A stretch of 63,940 nt of DNA, filler included, from Craspedostauros australis (Eukaryota), in NCBI GenBank assembly GCA_030167865.1. It is 6 parts of 6 records of this genome, joined end to end, with 100 filler letters (N's around TTAATTAATTAA, not from the genome) between each part and the next. Parts side by side here need not be neighbours in the genome. Positions count along the whole stretch, not along the records: positions 1 to 15,766 come from JALAGF010002846.1; positions 15,867 to 24,614 come from JALAGF010002848.1; 4 more parts are not named here. The stretch is one strand, 5' to 3'. Position 1 is the stretch's first letter. Each line of letters opens with the position of its first letter. Position numbers and translations under genes: made by a program. Positions 10,201-21,248 of the stretch are shown piece by piece. Under the pieces are notes generated by a model. The model had not been told where the DNA came from, did no database searches, and saw only the letters and a list, made by a program, of their open reading frames with translations.

Positions 10201-12856
10201 TGAACTCCTTCGCTCTGGAACCAACTGGCAAGCTCCTTGCATCCTCGCAGAGCTTGTCAGGCGGTGGCGGTGGGTCTCCCGTGTTTGGGAACCCAAAATC
10301 GATCGAGAAGTCGCCCACGCTGTGTCCGGGTCCATGCACCAAAACGTAGTATGTCGCTCCGGCAGTGATCTGGAAGATGAGCTGAGGTGAATCAGATCCA
10401 ATGCAGACCAACTCTCCGCAGTTGTTGCCCAGGTACACATTCACGTATGGGAGGAATCCTCCTGCGATAGGCTGGGCGAAGAAGGAGAACGGAAGACCGC
10501 TGGGATAGGTAAAACCAACGTCCAACTTGTACCACACCCCTGGTGCGGTCGAGGTGAAGCCTAGGCAAGTACCAAGCGCAGATGGTGCCACGTTTGCGCC
10601 TTTTGTCGATCCAACGGCAGATCGCGTGGAGGTGATGTCGATCGCATTTCGGCAGTCTACGTTGTCGGGCATCTCCGATATCTCCAACGAGAATGTTCCG
10701 TGAGATGATCGGAAGCCGTGCACGTACACGTAGTACGTCGTTTGTTGATCCAGAACAAACACTGCTTGGCTGCGGTCGTCACAATCTCCCCCACCTTGAT
10801 CGTTGCCTGCAATGCAACTCAGCCGGTCGCAGCGGTCGCCGGAGAAGATGGAGAGCTGGGAATCGTAGTCAGTTTCGATGCTGATGGTCTGGTTGGTGCG
10901 ATCGATCGCGAAGGATGACCCGCACAGCGATGCCATCATGCGTCGGTTAATGCTGCTCGGTACATTGCTGGAGGAGGACGAAGAGGAGGACATTGAGAGT
11001 AGCGACAACGACTTATTCCGTGTGGCCTGGTTTCCCGTATCTGAGTTGTCTGCCATTTGGACTCGATACCACACACCCATACCATTTCTGGTGATCCCAT
11101 CGCAGGTGTTGACGGGATCGATTCCGGCCTTCGCTGTGCTGCCCCAAAGAGATGTGCTGATGTTGCCAAGCTCGATGTCGCGCGCACACTCACATCTGTT
11201 ATTGGACGGACATGGATCCTGGAACGCGGTTGGTTGGTCTGTGTAGAGGGGATGGAGCTTGATTGTGGGCGTTGGTGGATTGGACTTGACCTGTATTGAC
11301 GATGGAGCGTGGGTTGGAGCAATACCAGATCCACTGTTGTTGTTCGCAGAGCTTGAAGGAGACGATGAATTAGAGGAATCATTCAACAAGCCAAACACGA
11401 GCCCGACGATCACAGCCACAATGATGGAGAGCACCGCGCAGCTGGTAAGCATGAAAATCAGCATCCTTCGTCTGCGATCATCGGAATGGCCTTGCTGGAT
11501 GTTGCCATTCTCACCATCGTGATCGTCGTAGGTGTATCCACCATTTCTATTTCTACCATTCCCGCCGTGGCTGTCTTTGTTTGCATCGAGATGATGGGCC
11601 CGAGTTGCAACGGCCTCAATTGCCTCCAATCTCATCCGTGTGCGCGCTTCTGCTTCCTCTCGGATGGCCTGTCTTTCAACGTCTGTGATGGTGGGATGGG
11701 ATTGAGGCGTGGTCGAGCTTGCGCTGTCGATGATCTGTGCCTGTGGCAGCTGAGATAGTTGCTGCTGCTGTTCAGGAAGATGTGGCGATCGGCCATCGGC
11801 TGCGCTCGTGTTGGCGGCTGAAGTTACCTCATCGTGAGATGTCACCGTATTCCACGGAGATGGTGAGTCACTGTGGAGCCCGTCGACGGGCTGAAGAAGT
11901 TGCGCAGGCGGCGTGCCAGCTGTGCTGTCCACGCCGCCCATGTCGTCCATGTCCTCGCTGATGCCTGAGACGAGTCGAGGTATTGGATTGCCCAGCGCAT
12001 GTGGCTGATCTGTCCCAACCAGGCTTCCACCATCAAGTTCGACAGCCATCTGATGTTGTTCCTTGTCCGCTTGTTGCTGCGTCGCTAACTTGCTGCTGCC
12101 ACCGTGCGAAATTAGTGTCGATTTGGAGCTCCTCTTTGTGGACCCCGACGTCACACATGCCATCGCGTTGCTCTTCGCATCTTTTTCATTGTCTTCTGGA
12201 TCGAGTAGGCTGGTGTCTCTCGATGGATCTGTGGATGCTTTGGAAGATGAAGCTGACGTGCGCTGCGTCGGCTTGTCCGAAAGCCGTGTGGATTCGCTGT
12301 TGATCATGTCATCCTTTGCTTGCAGCCGCTCGTAGTACGAAGAAGGCTCGTTGTTTTGAGGAGACGATAACCTGAGAGACAGCTGACGCGATGGACGAGA
12401 GAGCATGGATGATTTGCGACGTGCTGCAAAGTAGCTTGCTCTTGAGCTTGATGTGCCAATATGTGTCATCATCCTGTTTCCGTTGCTACCGCTGGTACTT
12501 TTAGCACCATTACCAGTACTACTGCGGCGGTTGATATTGTTGACGCCCACTTCATCGCTTTGGAGCGCGAGAGCTGCCTTGCTTTGACGACTTCGGCTAG
12601 GGCTTCGGCTTCGACTATGGGATCGTTGAAGCTGGACATGGGGTTGGTGTGAGGGGGCGGCCATTCCTGTGCGACTGCGGCCCGAGCTCTGGACATCCCC
12701 TTGTGAAGATGGTTCTGGAGAGGGCGTCACAGCGATGGCTCCGACCATGGGTCGATCATCCTCTATATCTCGGCCAGAAGCAGCAACAGCGGAAGCGGCG
12801 GCGGCGGCGGCGCCACTGTCGGAGTCCACGTCGCTGTTTCTGTCTGCTTCACTCAT
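7267..12856 (-). CDS. Large type II membrane protein with ~7 repeated Cys-containing extracellular modules; exons 12856-9862 and 9707-7267, ~1811 aa
   Basis: Two long ORFs join in frame through a GTGAGT...CAG intron (9861-9708). TM MLIFMLTSCAVLSIIVAVIVGLVFGLL. Recurring C..A, GVWY/AWF, ASTC, G..C..L.C, W....G.TY motifs. Start codon uncertain (the ORF extends to 13360). Confidence 0.82.
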
Positions 12857-14460
12857 TGCTGTTGTCTCTCTCTCTGATACTGGTGTGGCATCCATCCACC
12901 ACGTATGCGCTTGCCGTTGACGTTCAAATGAATGTGCGATTGTTGTCTTGTTTCTGGCAAAGTGGGTCTTGTTGTGGTATCCATGCCACCTCTCCGATAC
13001 TTGTCGCCTTGCTCTTCCGATTTGTCCTTGTTTGTGTTGTTGGCCCCTTTGTTGGGTGGATGGTTGGCGCCCGTTGTCGGAATTCCTGTTGGACAAGGAA
13101 GCGTCAAGGATGTCAGGGGGACGTTCGGGGAGAACGACAGAGGCGAACCACTCTTTGTCACGATGACGTCCGTGAGGAATGGAGGGGCTCAATTTGTTTT
13201 GATAACTATTTGCTGCCGCACATCCCATAGTACCACAACGACGAAATACAACCAACGTGTGTTCGTGGCTCTCTATACTAGCTTTCAGCCTATCCTGCCT
13301 GTGTGCTGAAATCTGGTCTGTTGGACATCCGGGGTTATGGTTGTAGAATAGTAATCTCAACTGTTATTGGATTGTACCGTTTTAGAACTGTGAGCTCAGT
13401 CTCATCCTCTCTTTCGGTTTCAGTTCCATTGCAGGCATATTCCGTAGTAGCATCATGAGATTCTGCTGTATTCATAGTTGCTCTCCCTTGTGATCATCAT
13501 GCCTTGCCTCATACATCCTCGGGTGCATCTCATCGTGTCTTCTTCTCGATATCTCATTGTGCGTATCTGCACACTCGCTTTCGTCTACATTCATGCGACA
13601 CGTTTCTGCAGTCTTGCATCCATCTCGTCACAGGCTTCGCCTCGATCCTGTGACATCTTGATTGCACCTGTTTTACAATTGGTGACATCTTGATTGCTTT
13701 TCTGAATCATTCTGATTGCCCAATCATACGAATGATCTTGTCCATCGGAGACATGTGTTACATCCTCCAGACGTAGGTTTCTGTTTCTCAGATGGGATGC
13801 AACTCCTACTCATTGCCCTGCAATTCTTCTCCTATGACGTCGATAACTGAGTTGTTGCATTGTCTGTTTAACGTCGGGACATCCTGTCTTGCGTCGTCGT
13901 GGCTTTTCTTGTTGGAGAAGGACAGGCTGTTTTTTTTGGTAAGACTGAGATCAGTCATGTTTGCGCTGGGTCAAGGGTATAATCAACAAGAGTCGATTTG
14001 GTCAGTCGTGATCGAGAACTTTGAGAGGTGCGGCAATCATGTATATAATGACAAAGTTGTACCCTCGATTCCTAACGGGATTCCAGCAGGAGATCGATCA
14101 TCAGGAAGAGAGAGAGAGAGAGAGAGCAATGAAGAGCCCTCAGTTCAGAGAAGCAGATCCTAACAAACGATTAGCACTCTACTACTATCACCACCCCAGA
14201 TTTCCAACAGACCATTGCTTGCCATTGCACAGACAACAACACCAGCACCAACACCAGCACCAACACCAGCAATAACGAGATATTTGGCACCAAGACAATA
14301 TCTTTGACTCGATTAGTGACTGAGATAGTGTAGAAGACACAAGCGAAGCTAGAGTTGACATCATCGTCACAGAGTGCTCTGCTTTGCCAGCACAAAGCGG
14401 GAAAATGGCGGTAGAGTACGAGGAAGAGCATACTGGTATGTGTGGCTATGTATGCGATGA

Positions 14461-15766
14461 TTAGAGCACTTCACAGGCAGCTTGGGATGGGGTAGGGCAA
14501 TCCATCTCTGCGTCGTCGATTACGTACGTCTCTGCGGGTGATGTACACAATGATCCTTGGGCGCAACTGGTGCAGTTGGCGGCTGTCGTACACACTCCTG
14601 CTCTGATGATAATGTCATTGGTTGCACTGACACTTTGGCCAAGACGATTGCACGTGCTCTCGCCCGAGCAGGCACCGTCCTCGATGATCACGCTTCCTGG
14701 AAATCTGAACGACGCTGGAACATGATGCAATTCAAAGCAAGAGGATCTCCCCTTGCACGCATTCTTTCCGATGAAGACATTTGCCACGATCGATGTGGTT
14801 GTAGACCCTTGAAAGCTGCGGGCAGCAATTCGCATGCATGACTCGATTGAATCACATGCTCCTTCTTCCACTCGTACATTGCCAAAGGCATGAAATCCAA
14901 CACCGGTGCAACTCTGATCTGCAAGGCAAGCTTTTGGTCCGATCACCCTGAAACCGACTTCGGCACCAGCAGCTGGCTGACCTTCCAAGAAAGAGCCCGC
15001 AGTAAAGCAAGAATAGCCTCCCTTGCAACTGTCAAGTATGATTGTGTTGGGATATGTGTTTCTGCAGGCGTTAAACCCGGTACATGCCCCTGAGCTCACC
15101 GTCATGACACCGCCATCAACAGAGCGAAAGGTGCAAGCATCACCACCACTGCAGCATGAGCCATTGCACGCAGTCGTCACCGCAGACGCGCTACCAGTGA
15201 AAAGCTTTGTTGCTGGTTCCTGTGCGGTCGCCAACAATGCTGTGGTCACACTCTCTTCGTTCTTGATCTTATCAAAGCGTTCCTGCGCCACCTCCAATGT
15301 CACGGGCTGTGGAGGATCTTCACCATTGCATCCAAAGATGCTCTTGATCATCTTACGCTTCCCCTCATCAGCTAGAGCGTCAACGTCGGAGACGAAGTCC
15401 GCGCATGTGCCTGTTACACCATCGCACAACACGTCACCAATGATGGCATTGAACGTTGATGTGTCGTCACCCGGCGTTGAGAGACATCCAACGGTGAAAG
15501 ATGCCGGGGTGAGAGTTGGATTTGAAGTTGGGGCTGACGTCGGAGCCGATGTGGGAGCCGATGTGGGAGTTGATGTCGGAGCTGAAGTTGGAGCTGAAGT
15601 TGGGGCTGACGTCGGAGCTGAAGTTGGAGCTGACGTTGGAGCCGATGTGGGAGCCGATGTGGGAGCCGATGTAGGAGCCGATGTGGGAGTTGATGTCGGA
15701 GCTGAAGTTGGAGCTGAAGTTGGGGCTGACGTCGGAGCCGATGTGGGAGCTGAAGTTGGAGTCGAT
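14461..15766 (-). CDS. Mucin-like PTSA-repeat protein with a C-terminal Cys-rich repeat domain; 5' end lost in the gap
   Basis: The minus frame reads (PTSA/PTST)n from the gap, then repeats such as SSGACTGFNAC, LDSCKGGYSC, IGPKACLADQSC, VEEGACDSIESC, IGKNACKGRSSC, IEDGACSGESTC. Confidence 0.85.
15526..15766. repeat. 12-bp coding tandem repeat encoding PTSA on the minus strand
   Basis: ggagccgatgtg / ggagctgaagtt / ggggctgacgtc units run into the assembly gap. Confidence 0.9.
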
Positions 15767-15866
15767 NNNNNNNNNNNNNNNNNNNNNNNNNNNNNNNNNN
15801 NNNNNNNNNNTTAATTAATTAANNNNNNNNNNNNNNNNNNNNNNNNNNNNNNNNNNNNNNNNNNNN
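15767..15866. other. 100-nt scaffold gap with artificial TTAATTAATTAA spacer (also 24615-24714, 42253-42352, 54994-55093, 62185-62284)
   Basis: The same N44-TTAATTAATTAA-N44 structure occurs five times; the spacer gives stop codons in all six frames. Confidence 0.95.
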
Positions 15867-15886
15867 TTGATGCCACAAGCAATGGA

Positions 15887-16831
15887 ATGATGGCTGACGC
15901 GCCACCCACCAAGCAAAGGAAGCTGAGCCACCCATCGATGATGACATCGTCCAAGTCTGTCTTTGCCGATTTCGAATGGCAGGATGATCGGCAAGCCGAT
16001 CATCAGTCTCAAGCCCAAACGCGAAGGCAAAGGCAGATGCAAAGCAATGAGGTCGAGATTGATATGGGTGGCTGCGACGGCAACGGCAACGACAATGGCA
16101 ACCGCATCCAACGCCAAGCATGCCATACCGCCAACACCAATACCGACACCAGTACAAGTACAAGTACAAACATCGATGCTATCATCGACACAGACATCGT
16201 GTGGGAGGACTATCCAGCCATGACATCGCGCAGCTCAGGAAGCAACACTCAGGCACTCGCAACCGCAACCGCAACCGAAGCTACTTCCGCATCCACATCC
16301 GCATCCACGCCCATCAAGTTCCGAAAATACCAGGCCAACCAATGGGAACAGCGGTACCATGAGCTCGTCCAGTACCAAAAGCAGCACGGGCACTGCCTCG
16401 TCGATCCAAACGACAGCAAAACGCTCTCGCACTGGATCAAGCGACAGCGCTTCCAGTACAAGCAGAAGATGGATGGCAACCATTCCACACTCACGGATGG
16501 CAGGCAGAGCAAGTTGCAGGCGCTCGGCTTCGTGTGGGACACTCATGAGGCCGCTTGGGAGTTCCATTTCCGAGAGCTCATCGACTTTCAGAAGGCGACA
16601 GGGCACACGAATGTCCCCACTCAGTATGCGCCAAACCCACCGCTCGGTATCTGGGTGAAGGGACAGCGCCGGCAATATCGGTTGCATTCAATTGGCAAGA
16701 AGTCGACACTGACCGCCGTGCGCGTCGAGCGCCTGAATGCGATGGGCTTCGTCTGGGCCATCCGCGCATCTCGCATGACTCGTTCATCATCTGGCTCGTC
16801 TGGATCTTCCAAGTCGTCGGGATCGTCGTAA
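15887..16831 (+). CDS. Helicase-associated (HA, PF03457-like) two-repeat protein, paralog 1
   Basis: KFRKYQANQWEQRYHELVQYQKQHGHCLV...HWIKRQR...LQALGFVW, then AWEFHFRELIDF...GHTNVP...LGIWVKGQRRQY...LNAMGFVW. Starts close to a gap. Confidence 0.9.
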   Translation: MMADAPPTKQRKLSHPSMMTSSKSVFADFEWQDDRQADHQSQAQTRRQRQMQSNEVEIDMGGCDGNGNDNGNRIQRQACHTANTNTDTSTSTSTNIDAIIDTDIVWEDYPAMTSRSSGSNTQALATATATEATSASTSASTPIKFRKYQANQWEQRYHELVQYQKQHGHCLVDPNDSKTLSHWIKRQRFQYKQKMDGNHSTLTDGRQSKLQALGFVWDTHEAAWEFHFRELIDFQKATGHTNVPTQYAPNPPLGIWVKGQRRQYRLHSIGKKSTLTAVRVERLNAMGFVWAIRASRMTRSSSGSSGSSKSSGSS

Positions 16832-17598
16832 AGCAACCGCTGAAGTGGCATTCCCATGTCGCTGGCGCTTGCGCTGACGGCGGCTGTGGCGGGAGACGAT
16901 GGCACCGGCACCTACACCGACACAACACAGCAGAACGGTGACCATGTCCGAGTACACAAATGGATTCAGACGTATGCAGACACATCCAGATACTCTACTC
17001 GACACTCTATATAGAACATCAATTTTGATTATATCCTCTCACTTGTCCACACAATCAAACGCGAGTGTAGACACTCATACACACAAGCTCATCTGTATGG
17101 TGTACGTATGCCACCTGTGGACGGTCACAGAGCGTGGCCTGTCCGGTACTTGTGCTGCTATCACCATCGTTACGTCGAGGTGCCGTGAATCAGCTACGCC
17201 GCCATGCTGTAGGTACCCTAATTTCTCTTCAGCTCCTCTCTCTCTCTCTCTCTTCTCTCCTTCCATCTCGTCTCGATCTCCGCGCTGCCACACCCTCGCT
17301 CCGCGTCCCTTCATTTCGATCGGAGCTGGTCCGCCCGTTCTCTCGTCGCTTGGCTCTGCCTCAATCTGCGGCGGATCCCTGGGTGATCCTACGGCAGACT
17401 TGCAGCAGAGCTCAGATGGGTTTGCGCTGGGTTGAGGCCACAGCGCAGCGACCACAACTCCGTGCCAGCTCACACGAGCACTCGTGGTCGTACCGTTTTG
17501 CGGAGAAGAATGGAGGTGGAAGGAGGAAAGCCAAACTCGCTTTTGGGACATGGATTCGCCATTCGCTTGTCGCTTTGTCCTCTTTGTTCGTTCTGTTG

Positions 17599-17630
<32 letters not shown>

Positions 17631-19631
17631 CCATCTGTTTAGCAGGCGGAAAACAGTCCACAGGATCTGCAAAAGGGACAGAAGGTTCACTTCGCCGGAG
17701 AAGGTCTTCTGTCTGCGTCATGTTTGTCGATGAGAACCACCGAGTTCGGCCACGTTTCAAGTTTCTGTTGTTCCCTTCTCGTTCGTTCCTGTTCGCATCC
17801 GTCCTTGTGCTCCCACGTTCGTACATGTCTGTGTGGTGTTGTGGCTTGCAGCTTCATGTCTGTGCAAGTACTGGTACGCACTCGCACATACTTGTACCGT
17901 ACGTGTCTGCGAGCAAACTGATGCGAAGTTGCCCCGCACAAGACCACAAATAGGAGAGAATGTCCGATCGCGGATTTCTGAGTTTGGGGACAAGTTGTGA
18001 TGCAGTTTGGGGACCAACAACACTGTCCCCATCACCACGTGCCATACCCGCATACTCAGTGGTAGCGACCGTAATCTAAGCTAATCACAAACGACGAACT
18101 GTTCTCCATGTGTGACAGAGAGCGCAAGTAAGAGTGACCTGCAAGCGACGAGGACTGCGGGTATACGAACACTCGTATGTGCAATGGAGTCCACTGGAGC
18201 AACAAGGATAACTGTAGACCAGAGAACATGGGATACTATGGAGTTCAACGAGAGTGGAGGAAACCTGACCTCGAGTCGAGTCGAGTGAAGTGGTGTAGAC
18301 GAGTGCTGCACGTTTGCTTGTCGAAGACTTGGAGTTGAGCAGAGTATCATCTTCGTGAGAGTACCTGTTGCTGTCTTTACCATCGTTGCTGTCGTTCTTG
18401 TCATTGCTGTGGCGGTCATTCGAGTTGGTAAGAGTGCGATTTGCAGCACATTGCAACTTCCGAGAGAAGAACGTCGACCAATCCACAGCATCTGCACTCA
18501 TCTGAGAAGACACCTGCCTCTTGGGGTGGCTGATGTGAGAACATCATCGACGACCGCCGTGTCCGCAGACGTGAGCATCGTCATCATTCTACAGACATCA
18601 GAAAGGGGACCTGCAGCTTCAGCTCCAGACCCAACCTCAGACTTGTGTCCAGACCCAAGCGCATCGGAGAGATCTCTTTGGTGGAGAAAGAGAAGGAGGA
18701 CGAAGAGAAGGACGAAGAGAACGATGAAGAGACGAGACCCGAAACAGCGGAGATGCGCGCAGACACATTGTTTCTGTTCACCTCTTGCAGTTCGGGTTGG
18801 ATCATTGGCTTGATGCTTTCCACGTCCCACAACAGCGTGTCGACAACAACGCTAGCAACAGCAGTGAGGCCGCACAGTATCTGCAAAGCGATGAACCCGG
18901 GTTGTGTTGTCTGGAATCTATCGGTCGAATAGTTGTTCGTGTCACTCCGATGACGAACGGCGTTGTGTCCGTACTACAACTCTTCGATGTTCTCCTCATG
19001 CGCAGGTGCAGCACTTGTATTGCAGTGGATTGCAGTTGGTCGTTTTGTTTCGCATTGTATTTGATTTCTACCTTTCGCTGGTATTACACTTATGACGATG
19101 CGTCACATGACCCCCAACACTTAATACCCAACACGGCATCGGGGCAACGTGGCATAAACAGAACCCTCATGTGACGTGGCGAATGGTAGCATCATCCTTC
19201 ACACACGCAACCACAACCACGTACATTCTCGTACCGCGAAAAAATACACACACACGATACGAGCACGAAGCACAACGGAGTTTTTGTGTGGCACAAAGGC
19301 CACTGCCGCCTTTCTCCCTGTTTCACCGATCACAGAACCATCACAGAACCATCACAGAACCACCACAGGACAACACAACAAGAGATCTCACAAAAAGACC
19401 CTCACCACAGGATTCTCACAATTTACAGACACATCACAGCATCACATCATCACATCACACCAAAACAGATCGCCACATCGGACCACCACGCACAACTAAT
19501 CACGTACTCACAATCGGCAACACCACGATTGCACCAGTATCCTGATCTTCCTGTCTCGTGACCGTGAAGACATGACCAAATACAGCATTGCTGTCAACAC
19601 CATCAAGCAGAACAAGTGAACGAACTCCAGC

Positions 19632-21248
19632 ATGGATGGCATGATGATCGGTGCAGTGGGCGACGGCGTGGTGGATATCAACATCGGTATCGCAACATAT
19701 CCAAACATCACTATGGACCTCGCTCTCGGCCGTGGTTCTCGATCTGGTATCGATATCGACGCCGACGTCGACACCAACACCGGCCCAACCAACAGCAGTG
19801 CAGTCGGCAGCAACCCATTGGAACCAGCGCCCATCGGCTGCAATTCCACCCGAGTGGTCCACTCCGTGGGGCTCATGGACACTTTCGCGAATCATGACCG
19901 CCATCATATCCAAGATATCCACCAGGTCCTCCGCCCATTTGATTGCTCCCAGCATCACACCGATGAGCCACCACAGCATGAGTGCGATTGGGAGAGGCAT
20001 TTCGAGTGCTCCATTTCAGCATCAACAATCGATGCGGATTTGGAGACGACGGAAATCGCAAGCAGAAACGGTGGCCAACACGAGAGCGAGGTTGATGGCC
20101 TATGCGCCATCATGGAGAGAGAGCCTATCAACGAAGCGGTCGGCATGAATGAGGCGTGCGATTTCGCTGGCGTGAGAGAACTCTTGGACGACTTCGGAGA
20201 CTTCGAGGACGAACTCAATGGAGACTTCGATGGAGGATTCGATGATGCATTGCTCCCTCATACATGTGGCAGCAATCGCGGCGATACCAACGACGCTGAC
20301 TCCATCGGTATCATCGACTTCGATGTCGACTTCGATATCGGCAGCATTTATGACACCAACCAATCCGTGACGAAGCACATGACGCCACATCAACACACGT
20401 CCACCGCAGTGCTTGAGATGTGCCGTCAACCAAACATGGAACCACATGCTGCAACGACTGCTGCTGCTCAATGCATTTGGACTTCACCGCGAATAGGATC
20501 GTCGATCACAGCACCAGCGGCGGTAGCCACAACAATGACGCACAGATCGCAGGCGAAGATAAGAGCAAGGACAGCCACAAGGCCGAAGACCAAAACGAGG
20601 GCCGCCAAGAACGTTTCCAAGACACCTCGAACAACCAAACACGCTCCGGGCAATGGCAGCAGCGGTATCAACGGCAGCAACAATAGCAACGGCAAGAACC
20701 TCGTCAAGTTCCGGCACTATCAGTCCAGCCAATGGAGCGTCAAGTACCAACAGCTCGTTCGCTTCCACAGGCAGCACAATCACTGCCTCGTCGAAGCGAA
20801 GGACGACAAGACTCTCTTTCACTGGGTCAAGCGCCAACGATGCCAGTACAAGCAGAAGCAGGAGGGGCGTCACTCCACTCTCACTGATGAACGACAAGGA
20901 AAGCTGCGGCAGCTCGGCTTTGTGTGGGACTCTCACGATGAGGCCTGGGAGAGGCGGTTCAGCGATCTCATGCTGTACAAGGCAAAGCACGGCCACACGA
21001 ATGTTCCCACGATGTACAGCGACAATCCTTCGTTGGGAATCTGGGCAAAGAGTCAACGCCGTCAGTACCGGCTGCATTGCAACGGGCAGAAGTCCACGAT
21101 GACCACCAAACGCATGGATCGACTGAATGCGGTTGGCTTTCCGTGGATGGTGCGTCCTACGCCGATGGGAGCCATCAAGGAGACATTTGGGTCGGCTGTT
21201 GTCGGCGATCTGGTGGGTTTGTATGGGACTGTCGGGCAGGCAAGGTAG
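19632..21248 (+). CDS. HA two-repeat protein, paralog 2
   Basis: 538-aa ORF: acidic N-terminus, then KFRHYQSSQWSVKYQQL...HCLV...WVKRQR...LGFVWDSHDEAWERRF...GHTNVP...LGIWAKSQRRQY. Confidence 0.92.
   Translation: MDGMMIGAVGDGVVDINIGIATYPNITMDLALGRGSRSGIDIDADVDTNTGPTNSSAVGSNPLEPAPIGCNSTRVVHSVGLMDTFANHDRHHIQDIHQVLRPFDCSQHHTDEPPQHECDWERHFECSISASTIDADLETTEIASRNGGQHESEVDGLCAIMEREPINEAVGMNEACDFAGVRELLDDFGDFEDELNGDFDGGFDDALLPHTCGSNRGDTNDADSIGIIDFDVDFDIGSIYDTNQSVTKHMTPHQHTSTAVLEMCRQPNMEPHAATTAAAQCIWTSPRIGSSITAPAAVATTMTHRSQAKIRARTATRPKTKTRAAKNVSKTPRTTKHAPGNGSSGINGSNNSNGKNLVKFRHYQSSQWSVKYQQLVRFHRQHNHCLVEAKDDKTLFHWVKRQRCQYKQKQEGRHSTLTDERQGKLRQLGFVWDSHDEAWERRFSDLMLYKAKHGHTNVPTMYSDNPSLGIWAKSQRRQYRLHCNGQKSTMTTKRMDRLNAVGFPWMVRPTPMGAIKETFGSAVVGDLVGLYGTVGQAR

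Noticed and set aside
12857..13360. N-terminal extension of the 1186-aa ORF
   Set aside because: Starts at a non-ATG codon and looks like open 5' UTR or promoter sequence.
13380..14000. Possible gene or TE relic, including a 16-bp direct repeat (gtgacatcttgattgc)
   Set aside because: Frequent stops and no recognisable motif; too weak to call.
15023..15814. Plus-strand VGAD/VGAE repeat protein
   Set aside because: It is the reverse complement of the PTSA repeat; the minus frame continues into a coherent Cys-rich domain.
15811..15822. TTAATTAATTAA as a recurring biological motif
   Set aside because: Always centred in 100-nt N runs, so it is a scaffolding spacer. Adjacency across these gaps is therefore not guaranteed.
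18081..19014. Gene between HA paralogs 1 and 2
   Set aside because: Only short low-complexity ORFs in shifting frames, with no splice model or domain.
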